Positions 16,748-26,215 of a stretch of DNA of 39,630 bases are shown here, piece by piece. This DNA comes from Candidatus Saccharimonadales bacterium (GTDB lineage: Bacteria; Patescibacteriota; Saccharimonadia; Saccharimonadales; UBA4665), in contig DATGEW010000007.1 in NCBI GenBank assembly GCA_035309745.1, positions 1-39,630 on the forward strand. The letters are read 5' to 3'. The position numbers and the translations under genes were made by a program. The stretch's first letter is position 1. Each line of letters opens with the position of its first letter. The notes beneath the pieces were generated by a model that ran no database searches, was not told where the DNA came from, and worked only from the letters and a program-made list of their open reading frames with translations.

Positions 16748-19700
16748 ATGCGAACAAAAACGCACCACCTGCAGTTTGTGGTAAGGCCGCTTATAGCGGT
16801 TCTGTTGGCTGGTGTGTTGGCGGCGAGCCTGGCCAGTTTGTACCTGCCGGCCCGGAAAGCGCATGCTGTTTCACCGACCATAAACTTCCAGGCCCGGCTG
16901 ATGACCAACAGCGGTGCGATCGTAGCCGACGGCAATTACAATGTTGAGTTCAAAATTTACACTGCCTCCAGCGGTGGAACTGCCAACTGGACCGAGGATT
17001 GGTTGGTAACCGGCGGCACCTACGTGCATGTGGTGAATGGCTACTTGACCGCAAGCTTGGGCACCAACAATGCGTTTGCCAACGCTACCACCGCGATCCC
17101 GTGGGGCCAACCGTTGTGGCTTACTATGAACATCGGTGGCACCAGCGGCACGCCATCTTGGGACGGAGAAATGTCGCCCCGCTTGAGCCTTACCGCCGTG
17201 CCTACCGCGCTGTCACTTACTGGCGGTACCGGCAGTAACACCGCAAACTTAACGTTTGCCTCGAGTTTTGGCCAGGCCACGGCTATTACTTTGCCAGATC
17301 CAGGCGCAGCAACGGCGACCGTTTGCTACCAAACCGCCACAGCCTGCGGTTTCGCGCTCGCCAGTGGTAGTGGCAATTACATCCAAAACGGTACGTCGGT
17401 GCAGACCGCAAACTTTAACATCCGGTCGGCGGCCACTGGATCGGTAGCGGCAGTAATACAGGGAGCAAACGGGCAGAGTGCCGATCTGCTCGATGTGCAA
17501 ACCTACAACGGCACCAGCTCGACAAACGTTTTTCAGGTCAGTAATACGGGTGATTTGACCGTTCAGAATGTGGGCGTGGCGGCGAACAAAAATATTACTC
17601 TGGCGAGTGGCACGGGTACGTTTGGCCAAACGTACGTGAACACATCTGCGAGTAGCGCCCAGAGTTTGTCGGTGACCAACAGTAACGCGGGCGGTTCTTC
17701 GATTGAGGTAGACGGGCACGACATAACGTTGGTTGGCCACAGCACGAGCGGCGGCACCAATACGATTGCAGCGCTGAAGTTCGAAAACCCGACCACCATT
17801 GCCAACAACAATTTCATTGCGCTGGATTTTGCCGGCACTAACTACACGAATATTTTGCAGGTGGGAGCAAATGCGATCATTAACGGCAGTGGTGTGCTGC
17901 AAAGTGCCGGCCTCTCGGGTACATACAGCAATGCGGTTACCCTCAACAACGCCAGCAATGTCTTCACGGGCAGTACCTACAACAGTCTGGCACTGACCTC
18001 GCAGGCCGACGGCTTTACGGTTGCCGGCGGCACGGCGTCGCGGACGCTGACGGTAACCGGTGCGGATGTCACGGTTGGCAGCACCATTAAGCCGACGTCT
18101 GCCGGCGCGCTCACGGTGCAAAGTAATGGTTCGAATACGCTGACGTTGCAGGGTGGCACTCCTGGTGTGACGGCAACGGGCGGCTCGGTGAGCATTGCTT
18201 CTGGACCTGGCGGGGCGACCTCTGGTAATTCGGGCGATGTTACGATCGCCACAGGAGCCACCACGTCGGGCACGGCTGGTAATATTTCTATCAATGTGGG
18301 GACGAGCACGACCGGCAACGGAGCAATTAATATCGCTACGGCGGCCCGCACACAGGATGTGCTGATTGGCAATGGCACCGGCGGCACGATTCGGGTCGGA
18401 CAAAATGGCGGTACCTTGCAGCTGGACGGCACGAACTTCGATGTGGCAACCACGGGGCAGGTGACATTGCTGGGCGGTTTGTCACCCGATATCACTACCG
18501 CCGTTTCTGCTGGCGCGGGCACGACCCTAAAATTGCAGCCCGGCACCTCCACGGGTGCAAGTAGTAACGGAGCCGATGCCTCGCTGAAAGCGGGTGATGG
18601 CTCGGGTACGACGAACGTGACTGGTGGCACACTTACGCTTCAGGGGGGTAGTGCAACGGGCGGAAGCGGCACGCGTAACGGTGGCGGGGTAACCATTGAC
18701 GCCGGTACCGGCAGTGCCTTTACGAGTAACGGGAATCTAAGCATAGGCACTGCAAATGCCAAACTCATCAACCTCGGTATTAATGGCGCTGGTGCGGCAG
18801 TTTCGCAGACGATTAACATCGGTACCAACTCTAACGCCAGCGCTACTAACGCCGTGACCATCGGCAACTCTACAGCTACCGCATCTTCGGTAACCGTGAA
18901 TGGCGGTACCGGCAGCGGTGCAATTTCTTTGCAAGCTGGCAGTGGCGGTACGATTTTACTCGGCAGTGTTAACAGTAACGCAATTACACTGGGCGGGATT
19001 ACGACGCTTTCCAGCTTGGGGACTACCAACACCTCCGCCTACGTTTGCCGCAATGCGGGTAACCAGTTTGCCGCCTGCGATACAACGGGTAACGGTGCGG
19101 CTTGGGTGCAGGGTGGCAATGCCAACTTTACCAGTACAGGCATTTTGGGCACCACCAATGCCCAGGATTTGGAGATTGTAACCGGCGCCAGCGGGCCGAA
19201 TATTCGAGCCTACTTCGACCAAAGTAACCACCTGTACCTAGGCGCAAATTCGACTGGTGCCAGCACGACGACCGACTTTGGCGTATTAGGGGCGGCAAGC
19301 ACCGCTGCCGGCCAAACGGGTGGCACGCTGACGATTCAGGGGGGAGCTGGCGCGACGACGGGTACGGGAAGTGATGGCGGGGGTTTGAAGCTGGCCGGTG
19401 GTAACGGCGGTGGATCCGGCGCTCGGGCGGGCGGCAGCATCACGCTGCAAGGTGGCACTGCGGTAAACGGCGGCACTGCTGGAAATGTACTGGTGAAGAA
19501 TAACACCAATAGCTCTACAGCATTTTTGGTGCAGAATACCCTGAACGCTAACGCCTTAGTGGTAGACACCACTCAACTAAATACGCTTATTGATAGCGGT
19601 AATGGCAGCTTCGAAAATACCATTAGCGGCTGGGCGCTCAAACAAGGTAGTGGCACGGTTGCGCGGGACACGACGCAGGCATATATCGGCTCGGCATCGC

Positions 19701-22700
19701 TTAAGACCGCACTAACCACCACTGCCGCCGGGGACGGGGTAAAATACACACCATCGCCGGCGCTTTCGGCGGCCACTTACGCTCTATCTTTTTACATCAA
19801 GCAAACAGCCGGCACGGCCTTCGGGACGAATTTAGCAGTGGGCTGGAACAATGGCACCTCCGACACGAACTGTACACTGAGCCCGACCCTTAGCGTGGCG
19901 CCTGTCTCCACCAGCGGTTGGACGCGTTACACGTGTACGTTCACCGGCTCGGCATCGGGTCATATATATTGGAAGGAAACCGACACACCTGGATCGGCCC
20001 GTACTTGGTTCCTCGATGCGGTACAGTTGGAGCAGGCGGGCAGCTCGAAACCCTTTAAGGATAACGGGCTGAGCCTAAACGGCGTCATTAATTCGCCGAG
20101 TATTTTCCAGAATGCTGCCGACTCGACCACTGCCTTCCAGGTTACCAACGCCGCCGGTACAAATACTGTGCTTAATGCCGACACACTGAACGGCTACTTG
20201 GGCGTAGGCACGAGTGCCCCAACGCGTCAATTAGATTTGGCGGTCAATACCAGCACAGTTAGCGCTCCACCCGTGCTTGTCGAGCAAGCGGGCAGCGGAG
20301 ACACCGGCATTGAGCTGAAGCCGTCGACCGCAAACAACAGTTTTTACCTCACGGTTGATGCTTCAAAGGGGAATGCCTTTAGCCTTAATTCGTACACTTC
20401 GGCCGTCTCCACAAGCACTACCGGCACCTTTGGCCAGTTGGCCGGCAACAATGGGGATGGCAATGCAAATCTGGTAGAGATCAGCAATTTTACAGCTTCA
20501 ACAACCGGCAATATTACTTCAATTGCCGTTGACTTTGGCTCGACAGGATCGCCCAACACTTTCTCGGTAGCCGTCTACGCCGACAATGGTTCCGGTACAT
20601 TCCCAGTCGGCACTCCCTTGGGCTTTACAGGCTCACAAGCCATCTCGGCGCCTAATTCTGGTGGTCACAATACCAATATCTTTGCCACGCCGCCAATTCC
20701 AGTTACGAGCGGTACGACGTATTGGCTGGCCTTTAATACGGCGGGCAGCCCGACCTTCTATACTACCGGTGGCCAACCAGCGACCAGCAAATGTCAATAT
20801 TATTCGGGTATAACCAGCGGCACCTGGGCCAATGTAAGCACCTGGGGTAGCCCGGTTACTAATACCTCTACCTGTTCATTTAATATACAAGCAACGGTGA
20901 CACAAATTACTTCATTCACCGACAGCAACACTAACGCGCTCTTTACGCTAGGGCAGACAGGGCAAGCTACCTTTAGGAATTCAAGCGACTCTCCCTCGGC
21001 TTTCCTTATACAGAATGCTGCGGCAACAAACACGGTACTGAATGCTGACACAACGAACAATCGTGTAGGGATAGCATTGGCTGCAGGCGAGGTATCGAGT
21101 TTTGATCTCTCGCTCGGGGGCGGTGCGAACCGGACGATTGGGGTGAACCAAAATCCGGCGTCGGGGAATGGCGGCAACCTCACATTACAAGCAGGCGCGG
21201 CCAATACCAGCGGTACTGGAGGCGTCGTGGCACTGCAGGGTGGCGCTGGCGCCGGCTCTGGCCAGGGAGGTGGCGGTGTCACCCTCACCGGCGGTGCAGC
21301 GGGTACAGGAAATGCCTCGGGCGGCGCTATAACCCTCACCGGCGGCGTGTCTTCTGGTACCAGCAACGGCGGTGCCATTAATCTGACCGCTGGCGCGAGC
21401 GGTACGACTGCTGGTGCGGCTGGCGGGAGCATCAGCCTGACGGCTACGAATTCTAGTGCGGGTACCACTGGAGGCGCGGGCGGTGGCATTACATTGCTTG
21501 CTGGTAATGCATCGGGTACTGGCGGTAACGCGGGCGGCAATATTAGTTTGACCGCGGGCACCAATAGCGCAACCGGTTCAGGCGCGGCGGGAGCGGTGAG
21601 TCTTCAAGGAGGCACGAGCAACGTTGCTAGCGTTTTGGGTGGTAGCGTGAGCCTGACCGGTGGCACGGGCAACACCACGGGTGCGGGTGGTACAGTAAGC
21701 CTGACCGGTGGTACGGGCGGCGCCTCTAGTGGTACTGGCGGTCAGGTAACTATTGCCGGTGGTACTGGCGGCAATTCAAACGGTTCTGGCGGCGCGGTAA
21801 CTGTGAAGGGCGGTACGGCGATCGGTACGGGTACTGGTGGTTTGCTCACGCTGCAGGGTGGTGCGGCGTCGGCTACGGCTGGCTCCAGCGGTAATGGCGT
21901 AACCATTCAAGGAACGAGCGGTGTTGCAGGGAGTGGTTCCACTGCCGGGGGTACGGCTGGTTCTATACAGCTACAAAGCGGTAACGGTGGTGCTGGCGGC
22001 GTAACCAGTAACGGTGCGGCAGGCGGCGATATCAGCCTCACGGCTGGTTCTGGCGGCAACGCATCGAGCACTAATAATAACGGCCGCGGCGGCAATGTAA
22101 GCATTACAGCTGGCAGCAATGGTACGGGCGGTAGCGGCAACACGCCAACCGCCGGTTCCGTCACCATAAGTGGAGGCGCGGGCAATGGTGCCATAGTTGG
22201 CGGTGCGGTAACCTTTCAGGGTGGCACGGGTGGTGCTGGCGCTGCAATTGCTGGTGGCGGCGTGAGTATCCAAGGTGGTAGCGCAAACGCTAGTGCTACG
22301 GGCAACTCGAACGGTGGCAGCATTACCCTCCAGGGTGGCACTAAAGCGGCAACTGGCGTGAACGGCGTCATCCAGCTTAACAGTGCAACAATATTTGGGG
22401 CCGGAAGCTTCTCCAGTGGTACGAGCACCAACATCACCGGCATCGATAGTAACTCGGCCATTGTTGCCACAGCGACTACCACGGGCTTGACGTTTACCGT
22501 GCCCGCATTATCGGCGCCATCGATCACTACTGCTGGACGCATCTTATACATTACCAACCCTAGCAGCGGCAGTAACCCATTCACTTTGGCGGGAGCCGGC
22601 ACAAGCTTTACCTTAAACACCGGCAGTACGGCCACACTACTCTGGAATGGCACCGCCTGGACGAGCGCCGGCGTGGACGCCAGCACACTGCAAAACGTGT

Positions 22701-25700
22701 ACAACAACAGTACTGGCGGTACGACGCCGGAGATTATTCTGGACAGCACACGCAAGGGTGTGGATATCCAGGACCAAACCAGCGGTTCGCTCGGCAACAC
22801 CGTGCCATTATTTGCGGTACGCGGTGTGGGTACGGCAAGCACGCTTGGCGCCTCGCTCTTCACGGTAAACGGGGCAGGGCAGGTCGGTATTAAGAACGGT
22901 GAAACGAACGGTACGGCCAGTTTGAACTACGACCTATCCTTCGGCCAAAACAGCGGCGCCACCACACGAACGATTGGGGTCGAAACTCAGGCTACAACTG
23001 CCACAAACGGCAACGCTTTGACTATCAGCGCCGGTACGGGTAACACGACAGGTGTTGGTGGCCAATTGACCTTGCAAGGTGGAGGCGGAGGTAGCTCTGG
23101 CGCGGGAGGTGCAATTTCGATCCAGGGTGGTAACGCTGGTGGCGGTACAACGAGTGGCGGTGCCATCACGTTGCAGGGTGGCGCTAAAGCCGGTACAGGT
23201 ACAGCGGGCAACGTGATAGTCAAAAACAGCAACGACAGCGCTACGGCGTTCAACGTGCAGAACGCCGCGGGTAACACCACAGTATTCGACGTAGACACGA
23301 GCGGCACACAGGTGGGCATCGGCACGAGCGCACCATCGCGCACACTCCATGTTTCGGTGAACAATACTACCTTAACGGCCCCCGAATTATTGATTGAGCA
23401 ACTAAATACCAGCGGCGATTCGGGGATGGAGTTTAAGAACACGGGCTCCGGCGAAAGCTTCTTTGTTGGCCAGGATACAAGCAACAATAACAGCTTTAGT
23501 GTTGGCTCCTACAGCGCGGCGGCATCAAGCCCGTCGACCGTCACTTTGAAGCAGACTAACACGACAACTCTGGCTGGCAACGGCACAACTATTACGTCGG
23601 CATTTCCTTCTAACACAACGGCGGGTGACTTACTGGTTGCTACCGCTACCTGGGATCTGACTAATACGAGTACGGCTACCTGTAGCGACAACTCCGGTTC
23701 CAACGTGTGGAGTACGGCGATTATTAAGCTCGACCCGACAAGTGGTGGCGGAAACAACGATGGAGTTATCGTTTGTTATTCGGCTAATGTCGTGGGGGGC
23801 GCAGACACGGTTACCGTGACCTACGGCAATGGCGCCTCGCCCAATGCTCGATATATGAGTATTTCAGAATATAGCGGTATCGCTAAGGCTGGTCCGGTGG
23901 ATGTGATCGCCAGCAATATTGCGGTTGCTTCCGGTGGCGTAGCAAACTCTATTACCACCGGCAGCGCCACTACCTCACAAAACGGTGACGAAATTTTTGC
24001 CGCCATCTATGACGACACGAACACCACGAGCAGCATGACTGCCGGTACCGGCTTTACTCGGGAAACATTGGTAACCTCTACGGGGGTTCCGGTTATGGAG
24101 ACAGAGGACGCTAACCAGGCGAGTGCCGGTTCGATTGCCGCTACTGCAACAATTGCCGACTCCCACCGCTATATTGCTATTATGGTTGCCTTTAGGGCGA
24201 TAACCTCGATAACTGATGAGTTTTCTAATGCACAATTTACGATCTCGCAGTCTGGCCAAGCGCTCTTTAGAAACTCGGTAAACAACACGAACGCGTTTCA
24301 GATTCAGAGCGCGGCGAGCGCCACCACTATCTTTGACGTAGACGCGGTAAACAACCGTGTGGGTATCAACACCACTGCGCCGACTGCAGACTTGAGCTTT
24401 GGAACAGGCGCGAACCGAACGATCAACGTCGTTACACAAACAACTGCTAACACTGCTGGCAACCAATTGACTGTTACCGCCGGCGCTGGCAACGGTACCG
24501 GCGCGGGCGGTGCCTTGTTGCTACAGGCTGGATCTGGGGGCACCACAGGATCTGGGGGCACCACAACGGTGCAGGGCGGCAGTGCCGGTACAACAGCCGG
24601 CTCGGCCGGCGGCAGCGTGAACATTACCGGTTCGAACGGCACGAGCAACGGAACGGGTGGGGCCGGTGGCAGCGTGGTGCTGACGGCTGGCAGCGCGCAA
24701 GGTAGCGGGGCAAACAACGGCGGTAGCATAATGGCTGTGCTGGGTGCCGCGACGAGCACAGGCCTGCAAGGCACGTTCCAAATCCAAAACGCCCTGGGTG
24801 CTGCGCAGGTGACGCTCGACCCGTCCAACACCGCAGCCAGCCTAAACCTCGCAGTAAACTCCGGCGCGGAATCGACCTTCGGCACCGAATGGCCGGCAGC
24901 TGGCTTTAAGAGCTCGGGTACGTCGGTGGCAGTTTCGCGCAACACCACTGCTGCGAACGTCGACAGCGGGACAGGCAGTGTGCAGGTGGTAACTACTGCA
25001 GCGGTGAACGCGGGTGCGGCCAACGCCCTGGGCGCGGCGCTCAGTACCAGTACCACTTACCTGGTGAGCTTTGATATTAAAGTATCGAGCGGTAGCTGGA
25101 CCGACCTGGATGTGCGCTACAACCGTGATGGCACCACTCAAGACGCGCTGTGCTCCACGGGGAGTACCGGTGGCACCAGCACTCTCAGCACGCAATCGGT
25201 GACGACCAACTGGCAAAAAGTTACCTGCTACTTCAAGACGTCGTCCACTGCCGGCACCTCAGCCGCAACGCTTGTCATTATGCAAACCGCCAGCGCCAGC
25301 CGCACGTTCTACATCGACAACTTAAGCATCGTGGCCCAGCAAACCACGACCCAGAACGTTGGCGACCTGCACGTCGGCGGCTCGGCCAGTCAGGGTCTCA
25401 CACTCTTTACGCTCGACACCTCGGCGACTACGCCGTTCACCGGGAGTATTTCGTCGCTTGCCGGTTCAATGTACTTCGACACCAGCCAAGGCAAGATCCA
25501 GTGCTACGACGGTTCTAACTGGGGTGCTTGCGGCGCCGCGCCGAACACCATTGTGACGATTACGCCGGAGTATGCGGGTGCGGTGCTGGACGGCAGTCTT
25601 AACGGCGGCTCCGTTGGCATTGGTACACTAACCTCTGACTTCTGTGCTAACGAAACAAGCGTCCTGGTGGTTGGCACCCTTTGCGCCACCCACGATGCCA

Positions 25701-26149
25701 GAAACTTCTACAAATGGACCTCTCCGCAAACGACGCCGCAAACCTATTACATTTATGTAAACTACAAACTGCCGTCTACATTCAAGAGCTTTGTAAGCGG
25801 TACAACTTCTCTGACGGCATTATCCGATACTGTTGCCAACCCAACCGGTCCAGCCGCCAGTGCAACGGTCAAGTACGCTATCTTTAAGAGCACCGGGAGT
25901 GCTATATCCCAATGTAGTGCGTTATCTACGGTAGTTGGTTGGAATGGCACATCGACAGTAGGGTCGGCAAATACCTGGACTTCGGGAGTTGCCGGTACGC
26001 TGACCGGTACAACCGAGCCTTCAACATGTAGTTTCGCCGCGGGCAATAACGTCATCTTCCAAATAGCCGTGACCGCTAATGGGAATGGTTTAGGCACGAA
26101 CGCGAGCGCCTATGCTGAGAATCTTAGCTTTACGTTCAGCAACCAATAA
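16748..26149 (+). CDS. Giant (3133 aa) secreted Gly/Thr/Ser/Asn-rich fibre/adhesin with tail-fibre-like repeats and CBM-like domains
   Basis: Sec signal peptide ending AHA; INFQARL..G.YNVEFKIY...WTE N-domain; many GGx[VIL]x[LI]xxG repeats; repeated NSxxAFxVQNAA..V..D...VGI linkers; two N..[FA]E...W...[FY][LI]D.[VL] CBM4/9-like domains; C-terminal GSMYFDT..QCYDG.NW. Confidence 0.8.
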   Translation: MRTKTHHLQFVVRPLIAVLLAGVLAASLASLYLPARKAHAVSPTINFQARLMTNSGAIVADGNYNVEFKIYTASSGGTANWTEDWLVTGGTYVHVVNGYLTASLGTNNAFANATTAIPWGQPLWLTMNIGGTSGTPSWDGEMSPRLSLTAVPTALSLTGGTGSNTANLTFASSFGQATAITLPDPGAATATVCYQTATACGFALASGSGNYIQNGTSVQTANFNIRSAATGSVAAVIQGANGQSADLLDVQTYNGTSSTNVFQVSNTGDLTVQNVGVAANKNITLASGTGTFGQTYVNTSASSAQSLSVTNSNAGGSSIEVDGHDITLVGHSTSGGTNTIAALKFENPTTIANNNFIALDFAGTNYTNILQVGANAIINGSGVLQSAGLSGTYSNAVTLNNASNVFTGSTYNSLALTSQADGFTVAGGTASRTLTVTGADVTVGSTIKPTSAGALTVQSNGSNTLTLQGGTPGVTATGGSVSIASGPGGATSGNSGDVTIATGATTSGTAGNISINVGTSTTGNGAINIATAARTQDVLIGNGTGGTIRVGQNGGTLQLDGTNFDVATTGQVTLLGGLSPDITTAVSAGAGTTLKLQPGTSTGASSNGADASLKAGDGSGTTNVTGGTLTLQGGSATGGSGTRNGGGVTIDAGTGSAFTSNGNLSIGTANAKLINLGINGAGAAVSQTINIGTNSNASATNAVTIGNSTATASSVTVNGGTGSGAISLQAGSGGTILLGSVNSNAITLGGITTLSSLGTTNTSAYVCRNAGNQFAACDTTGNGAAWVQGGNANFTSTGILGTTNAQDLEIVTGASGPNIRAYFDQSNHLYLGANSTGASTTTDFGVLGAASTAAGQTGGTLTIQGGAGATTGTGSDGGGLKLAGGNGGGSGARAGGSITLQGGTAVNGGTAGNVLVKNNTNSSTAFLVQNTLNANALVVDTTQLNTLIDSGNGSFENTISGWALKQGSGTVARDTTQAYIGSASLKTALTTTAAGDGVKYTPSPALSAATYALSFYIKQTAGTAFGTNLAVGWNNGTSDTNCTLSPTLSVAPVSTSGWTRYTCTFTGSASGHIYWKETDTPGSARTWFLDAVQLEQAGSSKPFKDNGLSLNGVINSPSIFQNAADSTTAFQVTNAAGTNTVLNADTLNGYLGVGTSAPTRQLDLAVNTSTVSAPPVLVEQAGSGDTGIELKPSTANNSFYLTVDASKGNAFSLNSYTSAVSTSTTGTFGQLAGNNGDGNANLVEISNFTASTTGNITSIAVDFGSTGSPNTFSVAVYADNGSGTFPVGTPLGFTGSQAISAPNSGGHNTNIFATPPIPVTSGTTYWLAFNTAGSPTFYTTGGQPATSKCQYYSGITSGTWANVSTWGSPVTNTSTCSFNIQATVTQITSFTDSNTNALFTLGQTGQATFRNSSDSPSAFLIQNAAATNTVLNADTTNNRVGIALAAGEVSSFDLSLGGGANRTIGVNQNPASGNGGNLTLQAGAANTSGTGGVVALQGGAGAGSGQGGGGVTLTGGAAGTGNASGGAITLTGGVSSGTSNGGAINLTAGASGTTAGAAGGSISLTATNSSAGTTGGAGGGITLLAGNASGTGGNAGGNISLTAGTNSATGSGAAGAVSLQGGTSNVASVLGGSVSLTGGTGNTTGAGGTVSLTGGTGGASSGTGGQVTIAGGTGGNSNGSGGAVTVKGGTAIGTGTGGLLTLQGGAASATAGSSGNGVTIQGTSGVAGSGSTAGGTAGSIQLQSGNGGAGGVTSNGAAGGDISLTAGSGGNASSTNNNGRGGNVSITAGSNGTGGSGNTPTAGSVTISGGAGNGAIVGGAVTFQGGTGGAGAAIAGGGVSIQGGSANASATGNSNGGSITLQGGTKAATGVNGVIQLNSATIFGAGSFSSGTSTNITGIDSNSAIVATATTTGLTFTVPALSAPSITTAGRILYITNPSSGSNPFTLAGAGTSFTLNTGSTATLLWNGTAWTSAGVDASTLQNVYNNSTGGTTPEIILDSTRKGVDIQDQTSGSLGNTVPLFAVRGVGTASTLGASLFTVNGAGQVGIKNGETNGTASLNYDLSFGQNSGATTRTIGVETQATTATNGNALTISAGTGNTTGVGGQLTLQGGGGGSSGAGGAISIQGGNAGGGTTSGGAITLQGGAKAGTGTAGNVIVKNSNDSATAFNVQNAAGNTTVFDVDTSGTQVGIGTSAPSRTLHVSVNNTTLTAPELLIEQLNTSGDSGMEFKNTGSGESFFVGQDTSNNNSFSVGSYSAAASSPSTVTLKQTNTTTLAGNGTTITSAFPSNTTAGDLLVATATWDLTNTSTATCSDNSGSNVWSTAIIKLDPTSGGGNNDGVIVCYSANVVGGADTVTVTYGNGASPNARYMSISEYSGIAKAGPVDVIASNIAVASGGVANSITTGSATTSQNGDEIFAAIYDDTNTTSSMTAGTGFTRETLVTSTGVPVMETEDANQASAGSIAATATIADSHRYIAIMVAFRAITSITDEFSNAQFTISQSGQALFRNSVNNTNAFQIQSAASATTIFDVDAVNNRVGINTTAPTADLSFGTGANRTINVVTQTTANTAGNQLTVTAGAGNGTGAGGALLLQAGSGGTTGSGGTTTVQGGSAGTTAGSAGGSVNITGSNGTSNGTGGAGGSVVLTAGSAQGSGANNGGSIMAVLGAATSTGLQGTFQIQNALGAAQVTLDPSNTAASLNLAVNSGAESTFGTEWPAAGFKSSGTSVAVSRNTTAANVDSGTGSVQVVTTAAVNAGAANALGAALSTSTTYLVSFDIKVSSGSWTDLDVRYNRDGTTQDALCSTGSTGGTSTLSTQSVTTNWQKVTCYFKTSSTAGTSAATLVIMQTASASRTFYIDNLSIVAQQTTTQNVGDLHVGGSASQGLTLFTLDTSATTPFTGSISSLAGSMYFDTSQGKIQCYDGSNWGACGAAPNTIVTITPEYAGAVLDGSLNGGSVGIGTLTSDFCANETSVLVVGTLCATHDARNFYKWTSPQTTPQTYYIYVNYKLPSTFKSFVSGTTSLTALSDTVANPTGPAASATVKYAIFKSTGSAISQCSALSTVVGWNGTSTVGSANTWTSGVAGTLTGTTEPSTCSFAAGNNVIFQIAVTANGNGLGTNASAYAENLSFTFSNQ
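21170..22339 (+). repeat. About 22 tandem 16-22 aa Gly-rich coding repeats
   Basis: GGNLTLQAG / GGVVALQGG / GGGVTLTGG / GGAITLTGG ... GGSITLQGG; conserved in protein, diverged in DNA. Confidence 0.85.
24530..24565 (+). repeat. Perfect 18-bp tandem duplication within the fibre gene
   Basis: GGATCTGGGGGCACCACA x2, encoding GSGGTT-GSGGTT. Confidence 0.9.
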
Positions 26150-26215
26150 TAGAGAGGATGGCACGCTAGTGCATGCTACAATAAAGATAAGCACAAGGGA
26201 AATTACCTATCGGGT

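Noticed and set aside
21170-22339. Collagen, RTX or CRISPR-like repeat
   Set aside because: No Gly-X-Y register, no GGxGxD calcium motif, and no constant DNA repeat with unique spacers.
17249-25056. Long antisense ORFs over the giant gene (e.g. 17249-18403, 20800-21564, 24304-25056) and over infB, ftsZ and nrdJ
   Set aside because: Shadow frames produced by Gly/Thr/Ala codon bias and high GC; no recognisable motifs or start signals.
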